A stretch of 64,000 nucleotides of DNA from Sphingomicrobium sp. (GCA_045811425.1 JBJMUA010000035.1:3379-67378), one strand, 5' to 3'; shown: positions 21,501-31,460, numbered from the stretch's first letter. Numbers and translations are program-made. The notes: generated from the sequence alone by a model not told the origin.

Positions 21501-21740
21501 TTCGAGGCCGAGGCTGGTCGCCGCCAGATTATGGCCGGCTCTCTCGGCGAAACCGATGCGCATTTCGAGGATGGCGACACCTTCACCTTGACCCCGGAGG
21601 ACCGTGAAAGCGGCTGGGTCGGCCGCCTCCGCGGCATTGGCGGCAATGCCAATTTCCGCCTTGCCGGCGAAGTCGGCGCCGAGGAGCGCGAAGGCAAGGT
21701 CGGATTGTCAGCTCGGGCAAGCCTCGTCCTAGGCTTGTAA
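18540..21740 (+). CDS. Large autotransporter-domain outer membrane protein
   Basis: Signal peptide MRHYLLASTCLVALAAPATA; Gly/Thr/Asn-rich beta-helix-like passenger with DxDxDG motifs; C-terminal amphipathic beta-barrel. Confidence 0.8.
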   Translation: MRHYLLASTCLVALAAPATAETTISTAVTGPVRTSTVKTGGLPDDILINSTGIVNGTAGGGVIIDSNHKLNNQGAIQVNNQSNVAGVDVSAGVTSGITLGGKIIVDETYTPTDTDNDGDLDGAFATGSNRFGIRTNGAMTGNIIVTSTGTITVEGNNSAGIYLGGPLTGNFSHDGNTGVLGNNSVGIRTSDVSGNVRLAGNIAVRGQGSMAVQSTGNISGAMVLQGTITSTGYRFTTPPADPSKLDADDLLQGGPAVSIEGNVAKGIILAVPPKDNSTTDNDEDDDGIEDAKEGSAAITSFGSAAALRIGSAGNIAIGATEGTGTGFGLIVDGGILGDGVYTGVDGNALQIGGLGGTVSIANGIGVSGTITAKSLDRNATAIRLGSGATTPELRSAGKIIATSGNSASSIATAIDIDAAASLPILRNSGEIRATTGANGGAVAIVDKSGTLGLIENSGTIAASGAAADSNRNVAIDLSANTTGAMIKQTVVAATFQAPSITGDVKFGTGSDTFDIADGTFAGNVSFGAGDNKFLLSGDAKAGGKLAFGSGADTLTMGGTSVFSGSVDFGGGADTLTIGGTSYFTGQLTNATGLAVNVQKGSFGVVKTASIASLNVTDGGVLAVTLDKTPGASSMLNVSGAASFAAGSKLQLNVANVAQAEGHFIVIDAGTLTGGSNLTTSNEFLPFLYKGSLTVAGNQVAVDIARKSATELGLNRSESAAYGAVYEALASDDDIGDSFLSIRTQEQFVGTIQQMLPEHAGGTFEAVTMGDRTVARMLNDPKAPYKEVGRMTYWLNQVAWGSSKSIGDTAGYEIGGWGATAGAEISTDLGKFGGSLGYLWGKDDDKATDNTVDANQYSIAAHWRMQTHGLQVAVRGSYSFIDFDGKRFFRFGEGADAIDRTIEGSWSGSLFSATAFASQELWAGSFFVRPSASVEYYSLSEDSYDEEGGGSALDLSVEKRKSDELAVNALLIGGFEIGGTSEYDGYFRFEAEAGRRQIMAGSLGETDAHFEDGDTFTLTPEDRESGWVGRLRGIGGNANFRLAGEVGAEEREGKVGLSARASLVLGL

Positions 21741-21862
21741 CGCCCGAGGGCCGCCGTTCCGCTTCGACACCCCAATATCCCGGGCGGAGCGGCGGCCACC
21801 CCATTGTCAATCTCGTCTATACGGCGCAGCACCGGCGTCGGGGAAACCTTCGAGAGGAAGCC

Positions 21863-22087
21863 ATGCTTGAGCTGCGGCCCGATTGCGAGCGATGCGGAAC
21901 GGACCTCCCGCCCGAAACCGCCGACGCGCATATCTGCACTTTTGAATGCACCTTTTGCTCGGATTGCGTGACGGCCATGGACGGGATCTGTCCGAATTGC
22001 GGCGGCAATCTGGAGCGGCGCCCGATCAGGCCCGCGGCTCTCCTGCAGAAATATCCGCCTGCCAAGGACCGGCGGGGCCCTTCCTAG
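21863..22087 (+). CDS. DUF1272 family Cys-rich protein
   Basis: MLELRPDCERC...ICTFECTFC..C...CPNCGG.L.RRP. Confidence 0.88.
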   Translation: MLELRPDCERCGTDLPPETADAHICTFECTFCSDCVTAMDGICPNCGGNLERRPIRPAALLQKYPPAKDRRGPS

Positions 22088-22758
22088 CTCGAGCTGTCGA
22101 TCCGCGCATGGGCCCTCACCGGAAAAGTCCCCATGCCCCTGACTTTTGGCGGGACGGCCGAAAAGCGGAATCCTTCGGCCGGCAGCCGCTCCAGCCCGGT
22201 CATATGTTCGACGATCGGGATGCCGGCCGCGAGCAGGACGGAATGGACCGGGCGGATTCCGCCGGACACGTCATCGATATTGAATGAATCGATTCCGACC
22301 AGGACGGCGCCATGGTCCCGAAGCCATGCAGCAGCGGCTTCGGTCAGGAACGGATGGCCTTCGAAATAGGCATCCGTTCGCCAATGCCGGTCCCAGCCGG
22401 TATGGATCAGGACGGCGCGCCCGGCGACATCGACACCCTCAAAACGATCCTTATCGATCGCTCCGCATGCTCCGACAACGCGTAGGACGATCCCCGGGAG
22501 ATTAGAGACGGTCTCCAGCTTCATGGCGGCAAGATCATCGCCGTCCGCATAACGATGAAATGGCGTATCGAGATAGGTTCCTGTGTTCGATACCATCTCG
22601 ATGCGGCCAATCTGGAACTCGGTTCCCGGCGCATATTTCTCCCGCGATTGCTCGCGCGAAAGAAAGTCGCAGATAATCGGCGCCGGCAGGCCCTTGTAGG
22701 TGATCATGCCGTCCTCGATCATGTGGCTGAGGTCGATAAGGGCGTAAGCATCTCTCAT
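22084..22758 (-). CDS. Cyclase family (kynurenine formamidase-like) protein
   Basis: DLSH, NTGTYLDTPFH, LIHTGW, VGIDS, PVH..LL..GIPIVE. Confidence 0.85.
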   Translation of the reverse strand: MRDAYALIDLSHMIEDGMITYKGLPAPIICDFLSREQSREKYAPGTEFQIGRIEMVSNTGTYLDTPFHRYADGDDLAAMKLETVSNLPGIVLRVVGACGAIDKDRFEGVDVAGRAVLIHTGWDRHWRTDAYFEGHPFLTEAAAAWLRDHGAVLVGIDSFNIDDVSGGIRPVHSVLLAAGIPIVEHMTGLERLPAEGFRFSAVPPKVRGMGTFPVRAHARIDSSS

Positions 22759-23227
22759 CTGAGGTCCTTGCTTGGGAAAGCCTTATGCACTGTCCTAATT
22801 GCCGCGTTCGGTTACTTTTGGCCTATTGGCAAATCTGCAATGAGCCGACAATGCGACGGTAGTAACTTTATAGTTATTTTGCAGCAGTTGACGTTTATTT
22901 AGCAACGGCTCATCATTCCTTTGCCGAATCGCAAATGCGGACTGAGGTCCGTGGGGGGAACTGCCATGTTGGGCAGTCTGGCGTCGGCGATTTCCAGCGA
23001 CAAGAGGACGCTCAGGCGCATCAGCGCTTGCCGTAGGCTTTGCGCCGGACTGCCGCGGCTCGGCAGACAAGTCTTCGTTGCTCGGACAAGTGAGATCGGG
23101 CCCATGGAAGGCTTCCCGGCCGCTGGCTGGCTCCAGCGAACTCACCGCGATCATTATGCCGGAACGCCGGGACAATTCGCCGCGGAGTGTGCGTCCCGAT
23201 CAACAGCAAGGGGAGGGTGAATTGCGT

Positions 23228-24172
23228 ATGTCGAACCGGGCGACTAGCCATATTGGCCTGTTTTTTCTGCTGTTAGTACTGCTTGGCGGATGCGCCTCAA
23301 CGCGCGGCTCCCAGCAATGGGTGACCAGCGCCGATCTGCAGTCAAATGCGGCCGTTTGCCCGAGCAGAGTAGACCTGGATAACGAGCCCGGGGGCGCAAG
23401 GGCGGGTGCATACCGCGACCGGATTATCTCGGAGTGCACCAAGGCTATCAACTACAAATATAATGAGTTCGCACAGGCCCTTTCCCGCGAAGCTGGCCTC
23501 GCCAACCTTGGTACCGATCTTGCAGCGCAGGCCCTGTCTACGGCGGCAGCGGTCGTGGACGGCGCCGACCTGGCCAAAAAGCTGGCGGCAGGCTCCGCCC
23601 TGTCGCTCGGCATTGGCTCAACCATCAACAAGGACCTTTTCTACAAGCAGACCTTGCCCGCGATCATCGCGTCAATGGATGCCAGGCGCAGCAAGGTGCT
23701 CACCGGCATCGCCAGGGCGCAGAATGAGGATCCCGATGCCAGTTCCTATACGCTCGCGCGGGCCGGTCACGACCTTGATCTGCTGCAGCAGGCAGGCAGC
23801 CTTGCGGCGGCAGTGAGCGAACTCAACAAAGCAGCCTTCGACAACGCCAACAAGGCGGACGAAGAGCGGCAGCGTGTCGAGGCACTCGACATCGGCATCG
23901 CGCGGGACTTCGCTCCTGGCATTGAGGCGCGCCTGGACCGGATTGCAGCCGACACCCGCGCGCTCGAAAGCGCGGGAAATCTGGCGGCTCTTCAAGGAAT
24001 CGCCGCAGACCTCCAGCTACCTGCCGATCCGAGCGACAGCGCGAGACGCGTTGGGGCGCTTATCCGAGCAAAAGCGGAGGAGGCGGGCAATCTCGAAGAC
24101 CCGGCCGTCGGCGAAGCCCTGATCAAGAAGATCGAAGACGCCATCAGCAAACATGAGGGAGGAGGGCAATGA
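23228..24172 (+). CDS. Hypothetical lipoprotein
   Basis: GGGAGG RBS; lipobox LLGGC; long helical ORF. Confidence 0.7.
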   Translation: MSNRATSHIGLFFLLLVLLGGCASTRGSQQWVTSADLQSNAAVCPSRVDLDNEPGGARAGAYRDRIISECTKAINYKYNEFAQALSREAGLANLGTDLAAQALSTAAAVVDGADLAKKLAAGSALSLGIGSTINKDLFYKQTLPAIIASMDARRSKVLTGIARAQNEDPDASSYTLARAGHDLDLLQQAGSLAAAVSELNKAAFDNANKADEERQRVEALDIGIARDFAPGIEARLDRIAADTRALESAGNLAALQGIAADLQLPADPSDSARRVGALIRAKAEEAGNLEDPAVGEALIKKIEDAISKHEGGGQ

Positions 24173-24468
24173 CCGACCAGCCTTTGTTCGTAAGCGTGCA
24201 TTTCCCCGCATCGGTAAACCTTGATTGGATCAACCACCGGGTCGCACATTATGAGGGAAATATCGGACCGCTTGTCGAGATGAAACTCGACAATGACATG
24301 AGCTTGTTCAAGTTCGACGCGCTTGGCGATCCGCCCACTCATTTTGCGACGATAAACCCGCAGGCCGGCGGAAAGCCTCAAGTGCCAGACGGAGGCGTGC
24401 TGGTGGCATCAGGACGCATCTTCATCGAAGGCGAACAGATACTCTGCGCCGCGACGCGAGAGCCATAG
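24169..24468 (+). CDS. Hypothetical protein
   Basis: ATGA overlap with the upstream lipoprotein; GGAGG RBS. Confidence 0.6.
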   Translation: MTDQPLFVSVHFPASVNLDWINHRVAHYEGNIGPLVEMKLDNDMSLFKFDALGDPPTHFATINPQAGGKPQVPDGGVLVASGRIFIEGEQILCAATREP

Positions 24469-24508
24469 CAGGATCCCTCAGCCCATAATCGGTGATGCGG
24501 TTAAGCAG

Positions 24509-24584
24509 TGGTGCCCAGGGGCGGAATCGAACCACCGACACTGCGATTTTCAGTCGCATGCTCTACCAACTGAGCTACCTGGGC
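24509..24584 (-). tRNA. tRNA-Phe(GAA)
   Basis: Reverse complement GCCCAGGTAGCTCAGTTGGTAGAGCATGCGACTGAAAATCGCAGTGTCGGTGGTTCGATTCCGCCCCTGGGCACCA: cloverleaf, GAA anticodon, CCA end. Confidence 0.98.
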
Positions 24585-24625
24585 CCATGATCGAGCGCCG
24601 GTCGGCGCATCGGGCGACGCGTCCC

Positions 24626-24805
24626 CTAGCCGTCGTCCCCGTCGCTGTCCAGCCCTTGCGGATTGGCCGGCCGGCCGGCGATCTTGTACCCCTCGCCGAG
24701 CCAGCGCAGCAGGTCGCGATCCTTGCATCCGCGGCTGCAGAATGGGGCGTGATCCTTTGCGGCGGGCTTGCCGCACAGCGGGCAGGGCTTAGGTTCGCTG
24801 GGCAT
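24626..24805 (-). CDS. yacG: DNA gyrase inhibitor YacG
   Basis: CPLCGK...[20 protein letters not shown]. Confidence 0.9.
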   Translation of the reverse strand: MPSEPKPCPLCGKPAAKDHAPFCSRGCKDRDLLRWLGEGYKIAGRPANPQGLDSDGDDG

Positions 24806-25730
24806 GTCCGCCAGACATGGGAAGCGCCGGGTCGGCCCGCAAGGTAACGGCCCCGCCAACCTGGCGCGAGAGCTGCTCGATCCAGGCAGGATTGGCCTCC
24901 AGCACGCCGATGACCGCGGGATTGGCAGCAAGGCGAACGGATCCGATTTCGCTGCCCGCGCGCCGCAGCAGGGCGCGCGCCTCGAATGGGGCCCGGTCCG
25001 CGGCCAGTTCGAACAGGGACGCATGCCTGCGCGGGCGGACGATCTGCAGGAAACCGAAGCCGTTGACCGCGGTCCGCTCGAACGGCTGGGGAAGCACCGC
25101 GTCCACGGCCGCAGCCGCGGCCTGCCGGGCCACCTTCCCCTCGACGGTCGGCAGGTCGATGCCGATCGAGCCGCCGACGCCATGACGCCGGATTGTTTCG
25201 GCCGCGGCGGCGGCACCTGCGACCATCAGTTCGGACGGCGGCAAATGGCCATCGACATCGATCAGGGTCATCGCTGGTGTCACGGAGATGCGCAGCTCGC
25301 CGCCCGGAAAGGCGATCAGGCTGCCACGCGCCTCGTCGAGCAGGTCCGACCAGCCGCATGCTTCCAGCTCGTCTTCCTGCGCCGGGAACAGCAGGTCGCG
25401 GCCTTTCGGATCTGGAGCCGGTCGCGCTAATTCATCGGTCATCCGAGCCAGCGGGCGTTTCCAGGGTTCGGCGCCGCTCAACGCCTCGCGCGTCACTTCG
25501 AGGTTGAGCTTCGCTCCTTCGGTCACGCCGGGGGCGCCCCTGGGCAGCAGATATTCCTGCCCATCGGCAACAGCGACGGCATTCCGCCCGACACTCTTCA
25601 ACCGCGCGGCCAGCACCGTCCCCGTTGGGATGATATGCTGGGGCAGGATCCGCGCTTCGACGATCCGCCCATCCTCGACCAGCGCGTGGCGGGTCTCTCC
25701 GATCCCGCGCTCGATTATCCATTCAGGCAA
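24789..25730 (-). CDS. Short RNase E/G family protein
   Basis: [10 protein letters not shown] and GGSIGIDLP motifs; infA-maf-rng-yacG synteny. Confidence 0.7.
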   Translation of the reverse strand: MPEWIIERGIGETRHALVEDGRIVEARILPQHIIPTGTVLAARLKSVGRNAVAVADGQEYLLPRGAPGVTEGAKLNLEVTREALSGAEPWKRPLARMTDELARPAPDPKGRDLLFPAQEDELEACGWSDLLDEARGSLIAFPGGELRISVTPAMTLIDVDGHLPPSELMVAGAAAAAETIRRHGVGGSIGIDLPTVEGKVARQAAAAAVDAVLPQPFERTAVNGFGFLQIVRPRRHASLFELAADRAPFEARALLRRAGSEIGSVRLAANPAVIGVLEANPAWIEQLSRQVGGAVTLRADPALPMSGGHAQRT

Positions 25731-26295
25731 GGGGGTAACCAGCGCCTTTCAGCAGCAGCCTGGTCTCGGCCAGGGGCAGGCCGACGACATTGGAATAGCT
25801 GCCGGCGATGTGCCTCACATAGACTTCGCCATAGCCCTGGAGCGCATAGCCGCCGGCCTTGCCATGCCACTCGCCATGGCCGGCATAGAAATCCACCTCT
25901 TGGTCGGATAGCCGCTTCATCGCGATCATCGTCTCGACCAGCCGGCTGCGGGTCGGTTCGCCCGGCACGGCGACAGCGACGCCGGTCAGCACGCGATGAC
26001 GGCGGCCCGACAGCAGCGTCATGCATCGGCGAAGGGTCGCCTCATCCTCGACCTTGGGCAGGATGCGGCGCCCCACCGCCACCACCGTGTCGGCAGCCAG
26101 CACCAAGGCCTGGCTGTGGCGCGCGGCGACCGCCTCGGCCTTCTCGATCGCCAGCCGCAGCGCATGGACGCGCGGCAGTTCGCCCTTGGGGACGCTCTCG
26201 TCGATGTGCGCAGGATCGACGGCGTCGGGCACGACGCCGATGCGGGCTAACAGGTCAAGGCGGCGGGGGCTCGCCGAAGCGAGGATGAGCCTCAT
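25723..26295 (-). CDS. maf: Maf nucleotide pyrophosphatase
   Basis: LILASASPRRLDLL, LAADTVV, GKAGGYALQG, SYSNVVGLPL. Confidence 0.93.
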   Translation of the reverse strand: MRLILASASPRRLDLLARIGVVPDAVDPAHIDESVPKGELPRVHALRLAIEKAEAVAARHSQALVLAADTVVAVGRRILPKVEDEATLRRCMTLLSGRRHRVLTGVAVAVPGEPTRSRLVETMIAMKRLSDQEVDFYAGHGEWHGKAGGYALQGYGEVYVRHIAGSYSNVVGLPLAETRLLLKGAGYPLA

Positions 26296-26543
26296 CAGGC
26301 GCCTGGGCCGGGGCCTCCGCGCCCGGGCATGAAGCGATAGGTTATGCGGCCCTTGGTCAGGTCATAGGGCGTCAGCTCGACCAGCACTTCGTCGCCGGTC
26401 AGCACGCGGATGCGGTTCTTGCGCATCTTGCCCGCGGTGTGACCAAGGATCTCATGGCCATTCTCCAGCTCGACGCGGAACATCGCATTGGGCAGCAGTT
26501 CGACCACCCGTCCGCGCATCTCGAGAAGTTCTTCCTTGGCCAT
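26295..26543 (-). CDS. infA: Translation initiation factor IF-1
   Basis: [24 protein letters not shown]...[13 protein letters not shown]. Confidence 0.98.
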   Translation of the reverse strand: MAKEELLEMRGRVVELLPNAMFRVELENGHEILGHTAGKMRKNRIRVLTGDEVLVELTPYDLTKGRITYRFMPGRGGPGPGA

Positions 26544-26624
26544 AATCCTCGCTTAAATTGTCGGTAAAGTTGCGGAGCCTTACTCTGGCAATTCGTAAAA
26601 GGGAAGCAGGCCGCGCGGAGGTGA

Positions 26625-27599
26625 TCAACCGATGGTGAGAATGGTCGATCCCACCGTCTTGCGCGCCTCCAGCGCGCGATGGGCCTCGGCCGCTTCGGCC
26701 AGCGGAAAGCGCTGGCCGATGTCGATCTTGACCTTACCGCTACGGACTGCGTCGAACAGGCTGGCGGCGGAACGATCCAATTCCTCTCGCGTCGATATAT
26801 AGTCGAACAAGGTGGGCCGGGTGAGATACAGCGAACCCTTCTGCGCCAGTACGCGCGGAGTGAACGGCTCAACCGGACCGGAGGCCTGGCCGAAGCTGAC
26901 CATGAGCCCGCGCTTCTGCAGGCAGTCGAGCGAGCGCAGGAAGGTGTCCCGGCCGACCGAATCATAGACAACGGGCAGTTTCTTCCCGCCCGTCAGCCGG
27001 TCGACCTCGGCCACGAAATCCTGTTTCGAATAGATAATCGGATGGTGGCAGCCATGGGCGCGGGCCAGCTCCGCCTTCTCCTCGCTCGATACGGCGCCGA
27101 TCACCGTCGCGCCCAATGCCGCCGCCCATTGGCACATGATCAGTCCGACCCCTCCGGCTGCGGCATGGATGAGGATCGTGTCTTCGGCATGCAGCGGCCA
27201 AACCGAACGGATCAGCATGTCTACCGTCATGCCCTGCAGCATCATGGCCGCCGCCTGCTCGTCGCTGATATCGTCGGGCAGCTTGACCAGCCGGTCCGCG
27301 GCGATCAGCCGCATCTCTGCATATCCGCCCATCGGGCCGGCATAGGCGACGCGGTCGCCGGTTTTCACTCCCGTAACGTCGGCCCCGATGGCGTCGACAA
27401 TGCCGGCGCCTTCGACACCAGGGATGAAGGGCGAAGGCTGCGGATATTGGCCGCTGCGGTGATAAACGTCGATGAAATTGAGCCCGACCGCCGTCTGCTT
27501 AAGCCGAACCTGGCCCGGTCCGGGATCGCCAACCTCCACTTCCTCCCAGCCAAGCTGCTCGGCGCCGCCGGGCTGTCGGACGAGGATTGCGTGCGGCAT
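26625..27599 (-). CDS. qor: NADPH:quinone oxidoreductase (zeta-crystallin family)
   Basis: GLNFIDVYHRSG, HAAAGGVG, VYDSVG, SFGQASG, KGSLYLTRP. Confidence 0.88.
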   Translation of the reverse strand: MPHAILVRQPGGAEQLGWEEVEVGDPGPGQVRLKQTAVGLNFIDVYHRSGQYPQPSPFIPGVEGAGIVDAIGADVTGVKTGDRVAYAGPMGGYAEMRLIAADRLVKLPDDISDEQAAAMMLQGMTVDMLIRSVWPLHAEDTILIHAAAGGVGLIMCQWAAALGATVIGAVSSEEKAELARAHGCHHPIIYSKQDFVAEVDRLTGGKKLPVVYDSVGRDTFLRSLDCLQKRGLMVSFGQASGPVEPFTPRVLAQKGSLYLTRPTLFDYISTREELDRSAASLFDAVRSGKVKIDIGQRFPLAEAAEAHRALEARKTVGSTILTIG

Positions 27600-27646
27600 C
27601 GATCGTTCTCCCTGTTGCTTCCCGAAGATGGGCGGGCGGACTGGCA

Positions 27647-27682
27647 AAAGAAAGCCCCGCCGCGGCAGTGCCGGGCGGGGCC
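27647..27682 (-). terminator. Terminator downstream of hppA
   Basis: GCCCCGCC...GGCGGGGC stem with an A-rich left flank. Confidence 0.55.
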
Positions 27683-27706
27683 GAGGTTGTTGATCGAAGG
27701 CGGCGG

Positions 27707-29839
27707 CTAGGCGCCGGCGCCCTGGGCCGCCAGCGCCGCCAGCAGCAGCAGCGCGACGATGTTGGTGATTTTGATCATCGGGTTGACCGCCGGGCCGGCA
27801 GTATCCTTGTACGGATCGCCGACCGTGTCGCCGGTGACCGCGGCCTTATGGGCGTCGCTGCCCTTCCCGCCGTAATTGCCGTCCTCGATATATTTCTTGG
27901 CATTATCCCAGGCGCCGCCGCCCGAGGTCATCGAGATGGCGACGAACAGGCCGGAGACGATCACGCCAAGCAGCAATGCGCCGACCGCGGCTAGGCCCTG
28001 CGCGCGGTCGCCTGCCACAAAGCTGATGGCGAAGAAGACGACGATCGGGGCCAGCACCGGAAGCAGCGACGGCAGGATCATCTCCCGGATCGCGGCCTTG
28101 GTGACCAGGTCGACGGTGCGGGCATAATTGGGGCGCACCGACCCATCCATGATCCCCGGATTGTCGCGGAACTGGCCGCGCACTTCCTCGACCACCGCGC
28201 CGGCCGCGCGGCCAACCGCGGTCATGCCCATCGCCCCGAACAGGTAGGGGAGGAGCGCGCCGAGCAGCAGGCCGACGATGACGTAGGGGTTGGACAGGCT
28301 GAACAGCGTGTCGAGGTCCACGTTGACCCCGATCTGGCTGCCGAATTCGCGCAGGTCGGCGGTATAGGCGCCGAACAGCACCAACGCGGCGAGGCCGGCC
28401 GAGCCGATCGCATAGCCCTTGGTCACCGCCTTGGTGGTGTTGCCGACCGCGTCGAGCGCGTCGGTGCGGTTGCGGACCTCGCCCTCCATTCCGGCCATTT
28501 CGGCGATTCCGCCGGCATTGTCGGTGACGGGCCCGTAGGCATCCAGTGCGACAACCATGCCGGCCAGCGCCAGCATGGCGGAGGCGGCGAAAGCGACGCC
28601 AAGCGCGCCCGCCAGCTGCCAGCTGACAATCACGCCGACGATGATGACGAGCGTCGGCAAAGCGGTCGATTCAAGGCTGATCGCCAAGCCCTGGATGACG
28701 TTGGTGCCATGGCCGGTCTGGCTGGCCCGGGCGATCGATTGGACCGGACGATGGTTGGTGCCGGTATAATATTCGGTGATCCATACGATCAGCGCGGTCA
28801 CGGCGAGGCCGACGATGCTGACCCAGACGAGGTTGATGGCCGGGAAGCTGAGCCCGCCCTTGGTGGTGATCACCTGATTGAGGTCGCCGCCAAATGCATA
28901 CCAGGACGCGCCCCAAATGCCGACGCCCCCCAGGACGGTTGCGGTCCAGAAGCCTTTGTAAAGAGCTCCCATGATCGATTCCTTGGCGCCGAGCTTCACG
29001 AAGTAGGTGCCAATGATTGACGTGATGATGCAGACGCCGCCGATCAGCAGCGGGAGTCCCATCATTGGCAGCAGCAGCGGAGAAGCGCTGATGGTCAGGG
29101 CGACGGTGACCATGGTGATGCCGACCGTCACGACATAGGTTTCGAATAAATCGGCGGCCATGCCCGCGCAGTCGCCGACATTGTCGCCCACATTATCGGC
29201 GATCACCGCCGGGTTGCGGGGGTCGTCCTCCGGGATACCGGCTTCGACCTTGCCGACCAGGTCGGCGCCGACGTCGGCAGCCTTGGTGAAGATGCCGCCG
29301 CCGAGACGAGCGAAGATCGACACCAGCGAAGCGCCGAGCGCGAGCGCAGTCAGAGCAGTCACCACCAACCGGTCATTGGGGGCGTAGCCCATGACATCGG
29401 TCAGAATGTAGAAAACACCGGCGATCGCCAGCAGCGCCAGGCCCGCGACCAGCAGGCCGGTGACGGCACCGGCACGGAAGGCGACGGTCAGGCCTTGCTG
29501 CAGGCCGGTGCGCGCGGCTTCGGCGGTACGGACGTTGGCGCGAACCGAGATGTTCATGCCGATGAAACCCGCGGCGCCCGACAGGATCGCGCCGGTGACG
29601 AAGCCGGCAGCGCTGAGCCGGCCGAGGAAGGCATAGACGATGACCGCGACAATCACGCCGACGATGGCGATGGTCGTATATTGCCGGCGAAGATAGGCAC
29701 GCGCGCCTTCCTGGATGGCACTGGCGACCTCGACCATGCGCTGGTTGCCCGGCGAGGAGCGGAGCACCTGCTGGCTGGTAAGGATGCCGTAAAGCAGCGC
29801 GATGACGCCGCAGGCGATCGCGATAAGGACAAGATTCAT
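27707..29839 (-). CDS. hppA: Membrane-bound H+-translocating pyrophosphatase (K+-independent signature)
   Basis: [26 protein letters not shown] (Lys at the K+-independence position), [10 protein letters not shown]. Confidence 0.95.
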   Translation of the reverse strand: MNLVLIAIACGVIALLYGILTSQQVLRSSPGNQRMVEVASAIQEGARAYLRRQYTTIAIVGVIVAVIVYAFLGRLSAAGFVTGAILSGAAGFIGMNISVRANVRTAEAARTGLQQGLTVAFRAGAVTGLLVAGLALLAIAGVFYILTDVMGYAPNDRLVVTALTALALGASLVSIFARLGGGIFTKAADVGADLVGKVEAGIPEDDPRNPAVIADNVGDNVGDCAGMAADLFETYVVTVGITMVTVALTISASPLLLPMMGLPLLIGGVCIITSIIGTYFVKLGAKESIMGALYKGFWTATVLGGVGIWGASWYAFGGDLNQVITTKGGLSFPAINLVWVSIVGLAVTALIVWITEYYTGTNHRPVQSIARASQTGHGTNVIQGLAISLESTALPTLVIIVGVIVSWQLAGALGVAFAASAMLALAGMVVALDAYGPVTDNAGGIAEMAGMEGEVRNRTDALDAVGNTTKAVTKGYAIGSAGLAALVLFGAYTADLREFGSQIGVNVDLDTLFSLSNPYVIVGLLLGALLPYLFGAMGMTAVGRAAGAVVEEVRGQFRDNPGIMDGSVRPNYARTVDLVTKAAIREMILPSLLPVLAPIVVFFAISFVAGDRAQGLAAVGALLLGVIVSGLFVAISMTSGGGAWDNAKKYIEDGNYGGKGSDAHKAAVTGDTVGDPYKDTAGPAVNPMIKITNIVALLLLAALAAQGAGA

Positions 29840-29962
29840 CGTGAACTATTCCCCTGTTCGACCCTGACGCCACGACCCGGGCAGGCAGTGGCCAAGAAAA
29901 TTCGGGGCAGGTTTAGCGGGGATTCAGGCGGTGGCAACCGCCTAGATTAGAAGCCTGGACAA

Positions 29963-30049
29963 TTAGTTGAGCAGCAGCGCGGTCGCCATGCCGGAGGCGA
30001 GTCCGGCAAGGGCGATGATCCACTGGCGAGCGCTAAGCGCGATGTTCAT
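29963..30049 (-). CDS. Possible 28-aa single-TM peptide
   Basis: MNIALSARQWIIALAGLASGMATALLLN, overlapping the thiL 3' end. Confidence 0.3.
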   Translation of the reverse strand: MNIALSARQWIIALAGLASGMATALLLN

Positions 30050-30968
30050 AACCAAGCTGCTCCGGCAGCGGCACGTCGCCAGCGGCGTCGGAAAGCCTCA
30101 TCCCTTTGCCGTCGGTCAATGTGCCGATGCGCCGGAGGATCGTCCCCCTTGGTAAAGAAAGACTTAAAGGGTCGAAATCGGCGGGAAGGGCGGCGAGCAG
30201 CGCATAGTCATCGCCGCCCGTCGCCGCCCTCAATCGCGTGCGCCGGTTGGCGCCATGTTCGGCAACATAGGCGCGCGAAAGAGGCAAGGCATCGATATTG
30301 ATATCTGCGCCGCAACCGCTGGACGCGCACAGGCGCGAGGTGTCAAGCAACAGCCCGTCGGAGAGGTCCATCATGGCATTGGCGTGAGGGGCGAGCAGGC
30401 GGCCTACGGCAAGCTGCGGGACTGGCCGGCGATAGGCCTCGACCAGCGGCCCTTCGGCCTCGGCATCTTCCTGCAGCAGTTCAAGCCCGGCGATGGCATC
30501 GCCGAGCGTGCCGACCAGCCAAAGTGCGTCGCCTGCCTTGCCACCGGAGCGCGAGGGGATTTTCTCTCCGCCGCGGCCGATGGCAGTCAGGCCGAGGATG
30601 CGCGGGGCGCCTTCGGGCAAGGCGATAGTGTCGCCGCCGACGAGGGCAATGGCATAGGTTTCGCAGGCGGCCGCAACGCCGGCCAGGAACTTCTCCTCCC
30701 AGTCGCCGTCGGCAATCAGGGTCATGCCCATCAGTGCCGCAATCGGCTCGGCCCCCTTGGCGGCGAGATCGCTCAAATTGACCGCAACCAGCTTCCAGCC
30801 GACGGAGGCTGGCGGGTCGGTTGGCAGGAAATGGACGCCTTCGGCGATCATGTCATGCGTGAACACCAGCCCGTCCAGCACCGCCACGTCATCGTCCAGT
30901 CCGCGCGCGGCGGGGTTGGTGGCGAGCAGGCGCAACTTGTCGATGAAGGCGAGCTCACTGCTGCTCAT
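30033..30968 (-). CDS. thiL: Thiamine-monophosphate kinase
   Basis: DDVAV, EGVHF, VNLSDLAAKGA, GGDT, DLSDGL, GGDDYALL. Confidence 0.93.
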   Translation of the reverse strand: MSSSELAFIDKLRLLATNPAARGLDDDVAVLDGLVFTHDMIAEGVHFLPTDPPASVGWKLVAVNLSDLAAKGAEPIAALMGMTLIADGDWEEKFLAGVAAACETYAIALVGGDTIALPEGAPRILGLTAIGRGGEKIPSRSGGKAGDALWLVGTLGDAIAGLELLQEDAEAEGPLVEAYRRPVPQLAVGRLLAPHANAMMDLSDGLLLDTSRLCASSGCGADINIDALPLSRAYVAEHGANRRTRLRAATGGDDYALLAALPADFDPLSLSLPRGTILRRIGTLTDGKGMRLSDAAGDVPLPEQLGYEHRA

Positions 30969-31010
30969 GCCGCCACCTTATAGACCCGCGGGAAGGGATG
31001 GTGGAAAGCC

Positions 31011-31460
31011 CTAAGCGACCGGCCGCGCCACCTTGGCGACGGCGTCCAGCAGCCCGTTGACGAATCCCTTTTCGCGCTGGTCGTAGAAGGCCTCGGTGAC
31101 GTCCAGATACTCGTTGATCACCGTCGCGACGGGCACGTCCGGCCTGGCGAGCAGTTCATAGGCGCCGACCCGCAGGATCGCCTTCATCGGCTTGTCCAGC
31201 CGCTCGATGCTCCATCCTTTGGCCAGCCGCTCGGCGATCAGCGCGTCGATTTCCTCGGCCCGGGCCAGCGCGCCGGCGACCAGGTCGTCGAAGAAGCTGA
31301 TCTCCGCTTCGGCATAGGTCTCGCCCTCGATCGTCGCTCCCAGGCGATGGTCGTGGAATTCGTGGATCAGGCGCGCCGTCGGCGTGCCTTCCATTTCCTG
31401 CTGGTAGAGTGCCTGCACGGCGGCAAGCCGGGCGGCGGAGCGAGAGATGGAGCGAGTCAT
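31011..31460 (-). CDS. nusB: Transcription antitermination factor NusB
   Basis: RSAARLAAVQALYQ, AILRVGAYEL, INEY, FVNGLLD. Confidence 0.95.
   Translation of the reverse strand: MTRSISRSAARLAAVQALYQQEMEGTPTARLIHEFHDHRLGATIEGETYAEAEISFFDDLVAGALARAEEIDALIAERLAKGWSIERLDKPMKAILRVGAYELLARPDVPVATVINEYLDVTEAFYDQREKGFVNGLLDAVAKVARPVA

Noticed and set aside
22966-23220. 84-aa ORF MLGSLASAISSDKR... after GGGGGGAA
   Set aside because: No recognisable motif and Arg-rich composition typical of spurious GC-rich ORFs; cannot be supported
21700-24584. Integrative element or prophage at tRNA-Phe
   Set aside because: No integrase gene and no duplicated tRNA 3' end (att) found by eye; kept only as a possible islet
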